Below are positions 38,145 to 51,229 of a stretch of 64,000 nucleotides of DNA, piece after piece (the first letter of the stretch is position 1; each line of letters opens with the position of its first letter). The notes under the pieces were generated by a model that was given only the letters and a program-made list of their open reading frames with translations, did no database searches and was not told where the DNA came from. The position numbers were made by a program, and so were the translations under genes. Source of the DNA: Lama guanicoe (lineage: Eukaryota); assembly GCA_013239625.1 (NCBI GenBank), contig MU054212.1, positions 6,484,270 to 6,548,269 on the forward strand, given 5' to 3'.

Positions 38145-38595
38145 CACCCACCAATCTCACTTCATGTGGTTCTGATGGGCTCCAAAGGTTGGTATGTGGC
38201 TAAAATCCAGGCATTCAGAGTATTCCTTCTTCCTATGGGTTCAGGAATGGATTAGAGACCCAAGTTGGGTCCATGAGAGTCACGCTGGGGCTTTTGCCGG
38301 AGCCAGTGGTGAAGAGGAGTTTTGTTCATGCTGGGGCTGCTCTGTGGGGATGACAGGGGCCTGGAGGTTCCTAGTGCCAGCCTGGGGGTGTGAGGGGACA
38401 GCCCTGACAGTGAAGCACACACAGAATAAGAAGAGAGAGATATGGGGGGACTGGGGGGTGGGGAAGAGAGAGACAGTGAGGTTGACTTTGGCCTTGCTGA
38501 GCCAACTGAACTCATTGATTTCTCCGTTAGGTGAAACAATGAATTCTCTTTGTGAATTTGATTTGAATTTTGTTTCTATATAATAAAACATACAT
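38145..38595 (+). mobile_element. Old MaLR LTR (MLT1J/K-like)
   Basis: catgtggttctgatggg...ggttcaggaatgg...gacccaagttgggtccatgagagtc. Confidence 0.65.
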
Positions 38596-38989
38596 CATAT
38601 CTTAAGACTTCAAGTCCTTTTATAAAAATTTCTAACATTTTTATTGGTGTGAAAAACATTCAGTTTTGCAAAGAGCAGACACAATGTAACAGCATATGTT
38701 GAACTATGGATTCAAAGATAACTTTGGAAGAACAAAGTAGCTTCAATTTCTCCAGCTGATCCTGGCAAGTGAAGAATTCATCTTTATTTAAAAAATTTTT
38801 TTGGTATATATATATTTTTATTGAAGTATAAGAATTCACCTTTACTTCATTCCCATATGGTTGTAATGTAAGAATTACGTGATTGCTTTCCTCTGTTCCT
38901 GTAACCACCTCACGCTAGGTTGTAAGCTGCCTGAGAACAGGGGCTGTGTATTTTCATCTTTGTATCCCTAGTAACCACTAAAAACAGTA

Positions 38990-39190
38990 TTGATAATGCC
39001 TAACGCTTGTGGTGTGTTTACTATGTATGCCAGGCACAGATTAATGTGTTTTACTTATTTTAATCCTTGCAATAAATCTAGGAGGTGGGTACCATTTTAT
39101 AGATGGAGAAATTTACTCATGTTCGTGACTCATCAGCGGTGGCGCTGGGATTCAAGCCTACACAGTCTGTCTCTTAACCAGTGTCCTGCA
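38990..39190 (-). mobile_element. MIR
   Basis: ttactatgtatgccaggcac...atttaatccttgcaataa...ccattttatagatggagaa. Confidence 0.8.
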
Positions 39191-42139
39191 CTGCTCTTCC
39201 TGATCTGTAGCTGTGCTCGAGAAATACTTGTTAAATGAAAGAATAAGCATCTCTGACATTGGGATGGGAAACTTTCATGATGCCCATTTTACACTTGGGG
39301 AAACTGAGTCTGAATTGAGCATAACTCAAGCCTGCATCTCCTACTATGCACTCTTTCTATTATCCAGTGCTTATTACCTTTGGGTCAAAAATATAGGCAA
39401 GTATTTTAATTAGAAGTTCCAGGCAAGATTTTGGGTCCATTAGCATAACTTATATTTTCACAAAAGACTGTCTTCTACATTAAAACATTAAAAAGACTGT
39501 CTTCTCATTTAATAGATAAAGGTAATAATGAGAAAACCCCTTAAAATATAAAAAGAAAATTCTAAGCCTTTCCCCAAAGAATGAAGAAAAGAATTAACGT
39601 GGCTGAGGGGTGATCCGTTCTCCATAAATAAAGCAGGTGATGGCATTACTTATGTTGTTACAGATCATGCTAATAGCTTGAAAACAAGCTAAACTGAATA
39701 TAAACCATTTCTTTTCTTTGTAATTTAGAAAGCCTAGTATAAGGGGCTCTGAGACAAAGACAGGCCATGTTCTCCATGAAAGGTTCCTGGAAACTGAAAA
39801 ATAAGGTCTTTTAACATTTTGTGATATAACTGTTTTTCTTGGCTTAAGCGTAGGATTTAAAAAATGGTGCTCATTGTTTTGCTTCTCGTTCTTTTATGCA
39901 TGGACAGCCGTGCTGATGATGCATTCAGTTTAGGAGAATTTTCCAATTGAAAAAGTGCTCTGGAGAAGTTTAAGCGCCATGAATCACCCAAACCTCATCT
40001 AAGTCTCGTGAAGGCAGAGGCTGTGAAAGGCAGTCCCAGACGGAAGACGTATTGTGGTTGTGCTGCTTGATTCAACTAAATAGAAAAATATTTTGTAAAG
40101 ACATGAGAATTTCAGGCCTCCGACAGAGTGGTGAGGATAAATGTCACTTTCTGTCAGGAAGGCAAAAATGAGTGACCTGCTGCTCACCCTCCCTCCTCCT
40201 CTTTTTTCCCTCTCCTGCGGGGCAGACCTGGAATCCCAGTCTCATTCAGACATAAAACAAATCAAAAGTCTCTTACTTACACGTAGGAATGTACTAGAAA
40301 TGCAATGGGCCATTTTCCCCCCTAAATATTTCCTCGTGGCTTTTGGACATCCAAGCAGTTTGATCAGGTAAATAAGTCAATACATTTTCCAGCATGAAGG
40401 AAAGAGATTGTTCATAATGATAATAATTACAGCAGTATCAGCGGCCAGTGGTTTCTGTCCAGAAGGATTGGCTCCATCCTTATCTGCCCAGGGAAGACCG
40501 AGGGCAGAGAGGGGCAGAGTGTCCCCATTTGCCTGCCGTTGAACTAGTATTTAATTCTGAATGAAGGACGCATTTTACTCTTTCTCAATTATTGAGACAT
40601 AGTAAATGAGTCTGATGCTTGGACGCTCTTCTTAATTTACTAACACTTAGTCTTTCCTTTAAAATATTATCTTGGGGCTTTGAAGTCTTTCCCCTCTCGT
40701 GCCTCCAAGTCCCAGCTCCATCCAGTGAGAATTCGCAGCCCAGGAAAATACCTAAACAGTGTGGGTGCTCTGATGGCCTCCTGAGTCTGCAGCTCTCGTG
40801 GAAAGTTACATAGTGGGGGGTCTTGCTTGTCCATCCAACTTTCTCTATATCTCCTCTGTTCCCAGATGAAAAAAGGAAGATGTGGACAATGTGATCTGTT
40901 ATGCGTGTGACTTGAGGTCAGATTTGCGGTCAATTTTTTTTTTCTTTTACATTTTCCTCTCCCCTCCAGGTAAGCAAAAACAATGTCCAGGGTGATACTT
41001 ACCAAAGTGCCCAGTGCTTTCTCCAGAATTTGGAAGATACTTCTCTGAAGCAGTGTGTTGTGGATAGAGGACTGTTCTGAACACCAGATCGCTAGGCAGG
41101 CTGAACTCTAGGCTTTTGAAATCTCTACATCCAATATAGCCTTATCTCTTTAGAGCCACCTCATTTGGGGGTGATTTGAGTAGCCAGTGGAGCAGCTGGT
41201 GGAGGGGGCTGTTCTGCTTTGTCTTCCTCAGTTTGACACGTACTAGCTCATCTTTTAATTTTGTTTCTTCCTTAGGGATTCTTTTGTTTGGCATTAACAA
41301 CCATCTTCTTACTATGATCTCTTAATTAATAGCAAGTGATCTCATGGTCTCCAAAGGACAAATAAAAACGGCATTATTTTAAAGGTTAAAGTAGGTCCCG
41401 CAAGTTCAAATGCAAATTTGACTGGCTCTAGGCCATCATTGGTCAGGTCAATGCGGCCTCAAATCTGCTTAGGTACCTTGGCTCCCTGGGCCTACCTAGG
41501 AACACCATTAGAACAATTCTAAAGCCTACAGAGGTATCTGTACAGGAGCCAATGAAGCCCTGGTTGAGGAGTGATTACAGGCTGTAGTTACAGTCAATGA
41601 AAATGAGGTTGGGACTGTTTCTCTGTAAGTTCTCTGCTGATTCTCTTGAATTTTCCATTTTCTGAAATGCTTCTTCAGCCCTAAATGGTGGCATGGCTGT
41701 ACTACGTACTGATGTGCACATAGACTCCAACCTGCAAGCTTAATTTTCCTTGGCCAGTGGACAGATCCCAACTCTTTCCAGAGTACGCTACCAGTATGCC
41801 CCAACTGTGAGGTGATTTAAGTGGTGATGGCTTGGTTACACAGTACCAACGTTACTCAGTTTCATATCTGCCAACTTTCTTTCCCTGGATAAACAAAACT
41901 TCCTCTACTTTCCTCTTCCTGGTGTCCAGAGTTGGGAACACAGCCTGCCCTTGCTGGATGCTTCTTGAACAATGGGAGGCTTCTAAGTTGCTGTTTGTGC
42001 AACCAAGACACATTTTCCTTTGAGGACTGGGTTTTCAACAATAATCTAGCTTAATGGATTATGAAGTTGGGGATCAAGAATGATGGACTAATAAAGGGGA
42101 GGAGCAATAAGAGGTAGGAGAACCACAACTTTCCTGAAA

Positions 42140-42380
42140 GACAATGATGTGATAGGAAGAGCACGCTGCACCAAAAGGTCTGGTTCAAGTCCCAGTGATG
42201 CCCCTGCTAGGCTGTGAGGGCGGATCAATTGGCTTCCTCTTTAAGGCTCTAAATTCCTCATTTGGGAACAGGTATAATACTACTCCTTGTCTCACAGTGG
42301 GAGCTGTAAATGCAAAGCAAATGAAATAATGCCTGTGGAAATACTTCATAAAATGTAAAGTACACTGTAAGTGAAGTGGT
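42140..42380 (+). mobile_element. MIR
   Basis: tctggttcaagtcccag...ttcctcatttgggaac...aaatgaaataatgcctgtggaaatactt. Confidence 0.7.
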
Positions 42381-42628
42381 TGCTAGGACAGTTAATGCTG
42401 GCAGGCTCTTAGTCTAATTGTTCTCTGACTCTCATCATGCCCTAAGAGAGAGCCTTTGTATTTCTAAGAAGAGGTTGGAAAAAATTCAAAGACAATTTCC
42501 AATGATAATTTTCCTGATTCCTCCTCACTGATATCTATTTTTCCCCCTTCCATCCCATCTCTAAAAATGTGAAACCCACTTTTTTTTTCTCTGATAAAAT
42601 GTGAACTATGTGTTAGCATGAAGAAGTA

Positions 42629-43431
42629 CAGTTGGTTCCTATTTTTCACAATAGTTACGTTTTATAAAGTTTTATAAAGTTGCCAATTACACTAAATTAA
42701 TGAATACCTCATTGCTCCTAGGGGAAATAAAGGGTTAGATTCCTTTGAGCCTCTGGTTATGTTTTTGTCAACCCATCAATTGATAACCTTGTTTTATATG
42801 TGTTTTTTGTTAGACACCTTATTTAGTGTACAGTTGGTTCATTAACATTGAACTCATGGCCAATAACATTATAATTCAGTCTTTTAAAAATGTTTTCTAA
42901 ATTTTATTTTTTTGATGGGGGACGGTAATTAGGTTTGTTTATTATTTTTACAGGAGGTGCTGGGGATTGAACCCAGGACCTCATGCTTGCTAAGCAAGCA
43001 AGCGCTCTACCACTTGAGCTACACCCTCCCCCCTTATAATTCATTCTTGAGCAAAGCTTCTCTATCACATGCATTTTCTCTGTAAGGCACATCACAGCCC
43101 TCATGCATTTAGAAACACCAGACAGCACTATGCTTGGGGGTCTTTTAAATTGTGAAATCACCAACAAAACACAAAAATGCAAAAAAAAAAACCAAAAAAA
43201 CCCCCCAAAATGTGGCCCTAATCGACCACAAAAGAACACTTCTACATGATATGACAGCTGGAACAGGAAGGCAGAACACTGCCTTGTTTGGTCTCATTTG
43301 GGAATGTGCGTGTTGGGTTACTCAGCTTTGTTTCCACGCTGTACATGTTCGCAAATCTCGTGGACCTGTTGAAGGTACTGATTTGCAGGTGAATTTGCAA
43401 CTATGAATCTGTAAACCATAAGAATCAGTTG
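42629..43431 (-). mobile_element. MER82 (TcMar-Tigger), near full length, split by a SINE
   Basis: TA|cagttggttcctatt...cattgctcctaggggaaata...taaggcacatcacagcc...aagaatcagttg|TA; TA TSDs. Confidence 0.9.
42884..43032 (-). mobile_element. Vic-1-type camelid SINE
   Basis: minus strand GGGGGAGGGTGTAGCTCAAGTGGTAGAGCG...GGTTCAATCCCCAGCACCTCC; 15-bp TSD ttataattcagtctt/ttataattcattctt. Confidence 0.95.
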
Positions 43432-43449
43432 TACCTCTAGAGGGCAGAG
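43431..43449 (+). promoter_or_regulatory. CTCF core motif (forward)
   Basis: CCTCTAGAGGGCAG at 43434-43447, directly abutting the MER82 end. Confidence 0.5.
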
Positions 43450-44919
43450 TTCGGATTGACTGGTGGAAGTTTTCAGCTCACTTCCAAAACAGTGCTCCCT
43501 GATAATTACAATCATCTGGCGAGCACCTAGCATTGGCAGATTCTAGAAGAGGGAGCATGATTTCCACTGACTTGGAAAAAGAATATAGGTCCTGAGAGGA
43601 GGCCACAGGCTGTGAGATGAGGCATGGTTGAAGAAAGAAGAGAAAAAAAGCCCAGGACAGTGACTGTCGTGGTTAATTATTCCAGGAAATCAATCTTCAT
43701 TCTCTCATACCCAAAATGGAATTTCAGTCAGGCCAATATCTAGTACTTAAAAAAATCAAAAAAAAAATATAAAAAAACCAAGAAGCTGCACTCTTTTAAA
43801 TGGGAATCTGTGCATAAGTGTCCTTTATTCTTGCAAGCTGTCAGATGTTAGAAGCCACAAGCAGCACTTAGCAGATTATAAAACAGGGAGGGGAAAATGC
43901 TAAGAGATAAGGGGAGTTTATTGAACTGGAAGAATACCTTCTTCAGTAAATCATCAGAACACAAGACAGAAAGATCTCTGGGAGGAAGTCATTTTCAGAA
44001 ATTCGTACCCAAAGCAGGAGGAGAGAGTGCGTCTCCACGGAGGACTGAAGTATCCAGAGATCTCCATCAGTGGGAAACAACCTCTGTCCCTTTACTTTAA
44101 AGTAAATGACAAAATGACATCTCCTCCAGATAAAACTGATTGTTTAATAATCAGGTAATTTAAGGCCATGCAGAAAAATCTGATGCTTGGGGTTAAAATG
44201 TATTTTTAGAGTCTGGCTTAGGGGAGGAGAGGCTATAATCACCTTTAAATATCTTCTCTCCTCCAGTTCCTGCAGACAGGCAAGGGAAATTCCAGGAATA
44301 TTCAACTGAGAGCTCAGAGTGTTTTTGTTTTTGTTTTTTTTTAAAGCAGAGCCAGATAAAGTAGCATTAATTCCCTCATTTGTGCCCCAGTCTGGCTTCT
44401 TGCGTTGGATTGTGGAGGTGCTCCTGTGGGCCTCGTTCCCATTCGCTTTCGCTGGGATTTTACAGGTTCTGGACTTGGCCGGTGTCCGCTCATGGGGCTG
44501 GGCTGGGTTTCTGATTTCTCCCCCTTTTCCACTCTCCTCTCTGGGCAGACAGCCTGCAGCCACGCCAGTTCTATGAGGTTGAGGCGGTTTGGTTTTGTTT
44601 TAATTCCTAATACAGAGAGTCTTTCCTGAGGCTCATAAGTTTAGTCCAGCTGCCCCCTTCGCACCCCTGCCAGCCCCCAGCGTCTATTCCGGGCTGGGAT
44701 GTCCCTTGGCTGTTTAGTTCAGCTTCTACTCAACACTTTGCCACTAAGTTCCATTCATTTCTGGAAGCTGGGCTTTCTTTTTCTTGCTTTCAAGCCTAGC
44801 CAGGTATTAAGGACAAAAAATTTTTGTCTAGAATTTCTGTATATTTAGAAAAGGTGAGGGAGTACTTCCATTCCTGCCCTGTCCACCACAATGAACAGTC
44901 AGCAAATGGTACTCCCCAT

Positions 44920-45440
44920 CCCAAATTAATTTCGAAAAATGTCAAGCTTTCAAAACAGCTGAAAGATGATTCAATAGCTACCCATGTACCTTTCATCTAG
45001 ATTTATCCAATTGTTAACATGTTTCCACTTTCCCTCTTTCTCTCTATATGTTGATATTTTGCTGAAATATTTGAAAGTAAGTTGTAAACATCATACCACA
45101 AGTCAAAAATAACCTCAGCATACATCTCCTGAGAAGGACATTCTCCTTTATAACCGCAGTACCATTATCACAAAATTGACAATAATTCTATGTATTCTAA
45201 TATACAACTCATCTTTTAACATCCCCCATTATCACCCAAATATCTTTTCTAGATTTTTAAAAGGAAATCAAGGATTCAATTAAAGTTCACACATCAATTT
45301 TATTTGTTGTACCACTAATCTGGCTCCATCTCTAGAAAAATCCCTCCGTCTTTTTAATTTTTCATGACATTGCTTTTTTTGGGAACATTCAGGCCCATTA
45401 TTTTGCAAAATGTTCCTCGTTCTGAAATTTTCTGATTATT
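44920..45440 (-). mobile_element. L1MC4/5-like 3' end
   Basis: acccatgtacctttcatctagattt...gctgaaatatttgaaagtaagttg...ggacattctcctttataacc. Confidence 0.75.
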
Positions 45441-45444
45441 TCTT

Positions 45445-45648
45445 TGTGAGTTCAGTGCATTAAGTACATCTGCATTGTTGTGCAGCCACCAGCGCTATGT
45501 GCCTCCAGAACTTTTTCCTCATCCTAAACTGAAACTCTGTGCCCATTAAACACTCACTCCTCATTTTGTTCCAGCCCCTAATAACCACCGTTTTACTTTC
45601 TGTCTCTATAAATTTGACTATTCTAGCCGCTTCTTGTAAGTAGAAACT
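45445..45648 (-). mobile_element. L1MB3-like 3' fragment
   Basis: cagtgcattaagtaca...ctccagaacttttt...aaactgaaactctgtgcccattaaaca. Confidence 0.85.
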
Positions 45649-45649
45649 A

Positions 45650-45975
45650 ATAATCTAGCTCCCAGTTTAAGAGCTTAGAAAAAGAAAAGCAAAATAAATT
45701 CAAAACAAGTAGAAAGAAGGAAGTAACAATCATAGGAGTAAAAAATCAATGAAATGGAAAACGAAAAACAATAGAGAAAAATCACCGAAGAGGATATAGA
45801 GATGGTAAGTAAGCTCATGAAAACATAGTCAACATCATTAGTGGTTAAGGATATGCAAATTAAAACCACCATGAGAGCTCACAACTCACCTGTCAGAATG
45901 GCTGGAATAAAAAATGGTGACAACACCAAGTGCTGTCAAGGGTGTGGAGAAAATGATTCCCATACATTGTTATAG
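45650..45975 (+). mobile_element. L1 ORF2 remnants (two non-adjacent pieces)
   Basis: aaatcaatgaaatggaaaacgaaaaacaatagagaaaaatca joined to gaagaggatatagagatgg...atgcaaattaaaaccaccatgaga. Confidence 0.8.
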
Positions 45976-46169
45976 GAAACATAGCTCTTTGTCTTTAGAA
46001 TACGTTGTACAAAAGTTGATGGTCAGAATACTATGTTCAGAATTTACTCGACTTGATTCTTTCCTCTGTGAGGTTATTTTATTTCATTATTTAAAATCAA
46101 TTTGATACAAATTTAGTTTGCTTTGTTTCTGTTCCTATTCCAGTGTAGCATGCACTTTTTTCATCCTTT

Positions 46170-46500
46170 TGATTTAATTTTAGTTTTTGAATATGTAGAA
46201 TGTTTACTTAATTAAAAACCCAAAATATAAAAAGGTTTACTTAGTGAAGTCTCACTCCCATCTCTCCCTGACACCTCCTGTCTTACACCCTCATGACAGG
46301 TCATCAAACTTACTAGTTTCTGGTTTATAATTCTTATGTTTCTTTCTGGCAAAAATATATATATACTCTTGTTATATATGTTTTTATTTTACATATTTCA
46401 TTACACAAAAAATAACTATACTATATACATTCTTTTGCATCTTGCTTTTTGAATTTAAAAATATGCCCTGAAAAATCATTGCATATCATCTCTTAGAAAA
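46170..46500 (-). mobile_element. L1ME-type 3' end
   Basis: agtgaagtctcactccc...tactatatacattcttttgcatcttgcttttt. Confidence 0.65.
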
Positions 46501-47719
46501 GATATGTTCTTAATAAATATTTGAAGATTGAAATCTGATTGAATATTCCCGCTCCGGGACTTGCAAAAAAAAATTCAGAAAGATGTAATCCAAACTTCTG
46601 GCATTGGAACTCTGAGGTATATTTGTTTATTCTCTGCTCTATTACATAAAAAGTTTAAGGCAGCGAACACCATGGGAGAAATTTTAAGGGAAAGGGAGTG
46701 CCCGCTAAGCTGTTGGGTATCCTTTGCTGGTAAGAGCTTTCATTTAAAAACAAACGGCTTTCACACAGTTTGGATTTCATTATTTTTTTAAAGATCCTAG
46801 GTTTTCTTCAAAGTATTCAAATTCTTCACAATAATTTGTAGCTTACTATGTAGAGTTTGGGGTTTATGTTTAACCTGCATCTTTGGGAGTAGCCATCACT
46901 GAACAGTAAAATCTTGAGTCGCATCATGAACTGCAGGCCAATCTCAAAACTCTTTTCATGGCTGACTTGCCTGCTCTGGGGATCCTGCAGGCAGAATTGT
47001 TTCACAAGAGCCTTTTCAAGTAGCAGATCTCCTGGGAAAACTTGATACCACTCACAGTTGGGGTGGTTAGAAAAGTAGTGATAAAACTTGTATAGAGTCA
47101 GTTTGGGATGTGCTTGCTTTGCTTCAGCTTCCAAAGCAAAAGAACCAGATCTTACCAGTTGGATGCAGAATGTGTGTCAATTAAGAGGAATATACAGCTG
47201 ATCACAGTTACTTTAAAAAACCCTGTACTGAGGAAGGAAAATTCCAGTAGATCTATAATTTCATCTTTAATTAAATTTAGAGAGAAAAACATAAAGAATT
47301 TTAAAAGACAGTGAAAATCAGGGATGTTACCCCAGCTTGAACATCACCTGCACAATCATAGGACCTTGCTATTCATGTTAACGTGAGGGTTCCTTTATGC
47401 TTGCATAGTGCAAATGCAAGGCTGAAGACTTTCTCTGAGAAGATGTTCATAAACAAATACAGTAGTTTAACAATTATAATCAGGCAAAATATGCTAATAG
47501 CTATTTTAGACTGATGATCAATACCAACTTCTATTTATCGCATGTGTTTGCTCTAGGATTTTATACTTTGGTCCTTTCCTGCACTAGTATCTTTTGCCTT
47601 CACATACATTTTGGGGCTAAAATCCACAGCACCACATTTAAATTGTGCACATTTGTTCAATTGCAGTCAGAATAAAGATTTTTGATATTTAATAGGCATT
47701 TAAGTTAACCTATAAAGCA

Positions 47720-47721
47720 GT

Positions 47722-47759
<38 letters not shown>
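47720..47759 (+). repeat. (TG)n microsatellite
   Basis: 16 perfect TG units at 47727-47758. Confidence 0.97.
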
Positions 47760-47761
<2 letters not shown>

Positions 47762-48724
47762 AGCCAAGAGCAGAGGCGTTAATAACAGTAACAACATTTA
47801 TTAAACTTGCACTAAGTCCCTTACATTCATCTCATTTAGTCTCAAGTTTATCCTCAGATGAACAAACAGGCTTAGAAGAAATGACTTGTCCAAGAAGTTG
47901 GACACATATTAACACAGCTCATAAGAGGCTATGTGGAGATTTCCAAGTGCCCGAAGAGAACATGCTGAGAGCCCCAGATGGGTCGAGCTGTCCTGTTCTT
48001 TAGAATGGCCATTTCCCACTCTTTGCGTGCTCATTACTATTATACAGATCAAAGGATTGTTGTTTCCCAAATGTTTGTACGTAAATGTAGCTAGTTCCCA
48101 GGGGCAAGCTGTGAGAGACTCAGTCTCAGTCAGTACCTACAGCGCAATTTCCTTGACCAAGCATAGAAGAAGCCAGTGAAATAACCTCGTCCCCGGGAAA
48201 GCCAATGGACAAAAAAGTAGAGGTGATTCTCCTCCATCTTTTGTTACTAGAAAACTTTCCTAAAGTGTAAGATGAGTCTGTTCCAGGCAGGATGGAGTCA
48301 CTTCCCCCATTACAGTTTTACTTGCTCCTATTACAGTTACAGTCACATCATAATCACCACCACAAATTATCACGGTAGGTTTTCAAGCCGTCACCTCTCT
48401 CTCTCTTGTTGTGACGTTACTTTCCGGAGATCATAAGTGGGTAAGAACTAGAAATTAGCACCCATTGCAATGCCTGGGACACACACCTGGAAAGCTATCT
48501 TCATCAGGCTGGAGCATGTGCTTGGGGAAGTGGAAAGACGGATTCAGCAGCTGATAACAGGAAATCCAGCCAGATTGATAAAGGTATTCAAGTTGTATAA
48601 TGACGGGCAGTAGGTAGCAATCCTGGAAGTTGGTCTCGGCCAGGATGGTTCAGAAAGGGGTCATAAATAAGCTGAACAGAGCATCATGTCCACAAGTTTT
48701 GAAGCAAGAGGCACCAGACCTAGA

Positions 48725-49900
48725 GTCGTTTATTCACTCATGCATTCATTAAGCATTAATTAAATGCTCTCTATGGGACAGCCACTATACCAAGTGTTGT
48801 GACTATAAGATGGATAAACCATGGCCTCTTCCTCACAATCCAGTGATGGGAGCAAAATCTAACAACTGCAATACAATGGGTTGTGTTAGAATATAGGTAA
48901 AAATACAAAGTTTTACAAGTCCAGGGGAAAGAAATGCCAAAATCATACTGGGCAGACGTCACAAATGAGGTAAAAGTTGCCGATTCCTGAAAAGGTTCAT
49001 AAGATTTGGCCAGGTTAGGAGGAAGGAAAAACATTACAGATACAGGAACAGCTTATAAAAGAGTATTAAGCGGTAAAAAGATGTTCATAAAGTACTTCAA
49101 ATATCATCGTCCCCCAGCTGGTGGGGAGCCACTGAAAGTTTTCATCACAGGGCTGGCATTTGCTAGACACGCATTTACTGTGAAGCATCAGGGCCGCTCA
49201 TTTGCACAGGTCTTTCCAAAACCTTGGGAAGATCCCAAGCAATGTGCTCATAGTCATATGTTTTTTGCAAAACTTGAAAGATAAGTCGTTTATTTTACAG
49301 AGGGCATTCTAAATGGGGTAACCGTCAAGCTCCACAAAGCCTGAATCTGCCCCGGGCATGACCTGTAGCTTAGAAAGCTCTCCCGGATAATGAGATGGAG
49401 GATGAGGTGGTGGGGAAATGTCTGGTAGGAGGATCTTGCAAAGGTCCGAGAGATGTTGAGACCTGAACTAAGGCCACATGGAGGCGACTGAGAAAGGGGG
49501 CAGGCTCATAGGACATAGAATCAGCAGGATTTGGGACAGATGAATATGGAGATAAGTGATGGAAGGAATTCTTGGAAGATCTGGGTATTTAATGGGCCCC
49601 TAGGAAGATGATGTGGCTAAAACTGCAGAATGGAATATAGATTTGAGGGCTGGAAGGACACTGAATTGCCTTTGGGAAGGGAAGAGGATTGTGAGAGAGG
49701 GGTATTCCACAATGTGAAATACTGGAAGAAGGAGTGAGAGTTGAGTAGATTGTCTATTAAATTTCATAAATAAGAAGAACTCACTGGTTACCTTAAGAGA
49801 AAATGAAGAACATTCACTGAGTGGGGCAGGTGGAGCTCAGCCTGGAGCAGGAAGCAGATTGTAAGCCTCCTTGGACCTCTCAGCACTGTCATGAGTTCAG
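48725..49900 (-). mobile_element. L2 3' region
   Basis: ttcactcatgcattcattaagcattaattaaatgctctctatgggacag...gggagccactgaaagtttt...tagaatcagcaggatttgg. Confidence 0.75.
49189..49355. mobile_element. Possible hAT-Tip100-type MITE inside L2
   Basis: ends cagggccg... and ...gaatctgccccg with AT-rich interior interrupting the L2. Confidence 0.4.
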
Positions 49901-51229
49901 AGGCAGGACTACCGTTTCTTTGGGGGTGTGGGTGAGAGATTAGCTGTCAAATGAAAGACAGGGTCCAGTTCAAGAGGAACTGAGGAGGCGGGCAGGCTGT
50001 GAGGTAAGGAATTCAGACACACGGGAACCAGACGCACACTCTGCAGCAGAGTTTCAGATTTCTGGATTCAGAAGCCCAGTTACTGGGAGATAAGGTCCTA
50101 GAAAGACTAGAAGTTAGGCTGTATTCATGCCAAAGAATTCCAGTCTTGCCATAAAATGCCCCAGATCCCTGGATAAAGATCAGGCTGTCCCCAGAGTCCA
50201 GGGCATATCTGAGCCTGCAGTTTGGGGGCAACATTGCTCAGTAATACAGCAGACCAGATGGAGGGACCAGGGAATCCAGAAGAGATAACCAGAAAGAAGA
50301 ATTTATGGTTGGGGAAGGGCTACAAGGCAGCCCCTCTCGCTGCCAGGCTCAGGAATCTGAAGCCAGCACTTCCTACACTGAGAGGGGAGATCCATGCCCA
50401 TCGCCCTTTGTATTTCTAGCAAGTCTTTTGAATTTATCATGTAATTATTCTGAAGTTTCAGAGAGGAAAAATTGGAGATTTTGCTATAAAGATTCCTAGG
50501 GAGAATCAAGAAAGACATAGGATTGGTTTGGGGACTATTCACTGAATTACTCCTAGCAGCAAAAACCAAAAGAAACACAGCTGGAATCGTTTTATGAATT
50601 GCAGGCAAATTGTAAGATTGAATTCAGTCAGGATAATTGGTTTTTAAGTATGTCCTTTTCTCTGTTTCCTCTTTGATTTTATTAACATGAAGTATTTTAA
50701 AATGTCAATAATTTAGATGTAATTTAATTTCTTTAATGAAAATGTTTAATATAATAATATAAGAATAGCTTTTGTGAGGCAAGGGGAGGGCTCAGCCCCC
50801 AAGGGGAAGGAAAGTGTCTTCCATCTCTCCGGGTGACTCTGCCTGATGCCAGCGGAGTCCCTTTGAAAGGCCTTCTGTTTCAAGTTCCCCCAGCTGAATG
50901 TAAGGAGACTGCATGCCAAATGTAACGTGTATTAAAATAGGCAGCGTTCCAATAGTATTGGATACGGTTCCCCTGCCCACAAAGTGCTAGGATTTAAGTA
51001 AAGTTGGAACCTGGAAAACAGATTGGACTGTCATAGGCCCACAGTCTGGTATTTAAAGGCCTGCACAATTTACTTTTTGCAAAAACACAGAATCAGATTC
51101 AACTCTGAATCACAGTCAACTTTTGTTTGAAAACGGAAGTTTGCGTTTCTCTACCATGTAGTCTATGGAGTTAAACTTTTGGAACCTGGAACCATGTAGA
51201 GAGACTTTATGGTTATCCCTACTGAATGT

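Noticed and set aside
45675..46105. ORFs MVVLICISL... and MVTTPSAVKG...
   Set aside because: Typical translations of decayed L1 ORF2 remnants
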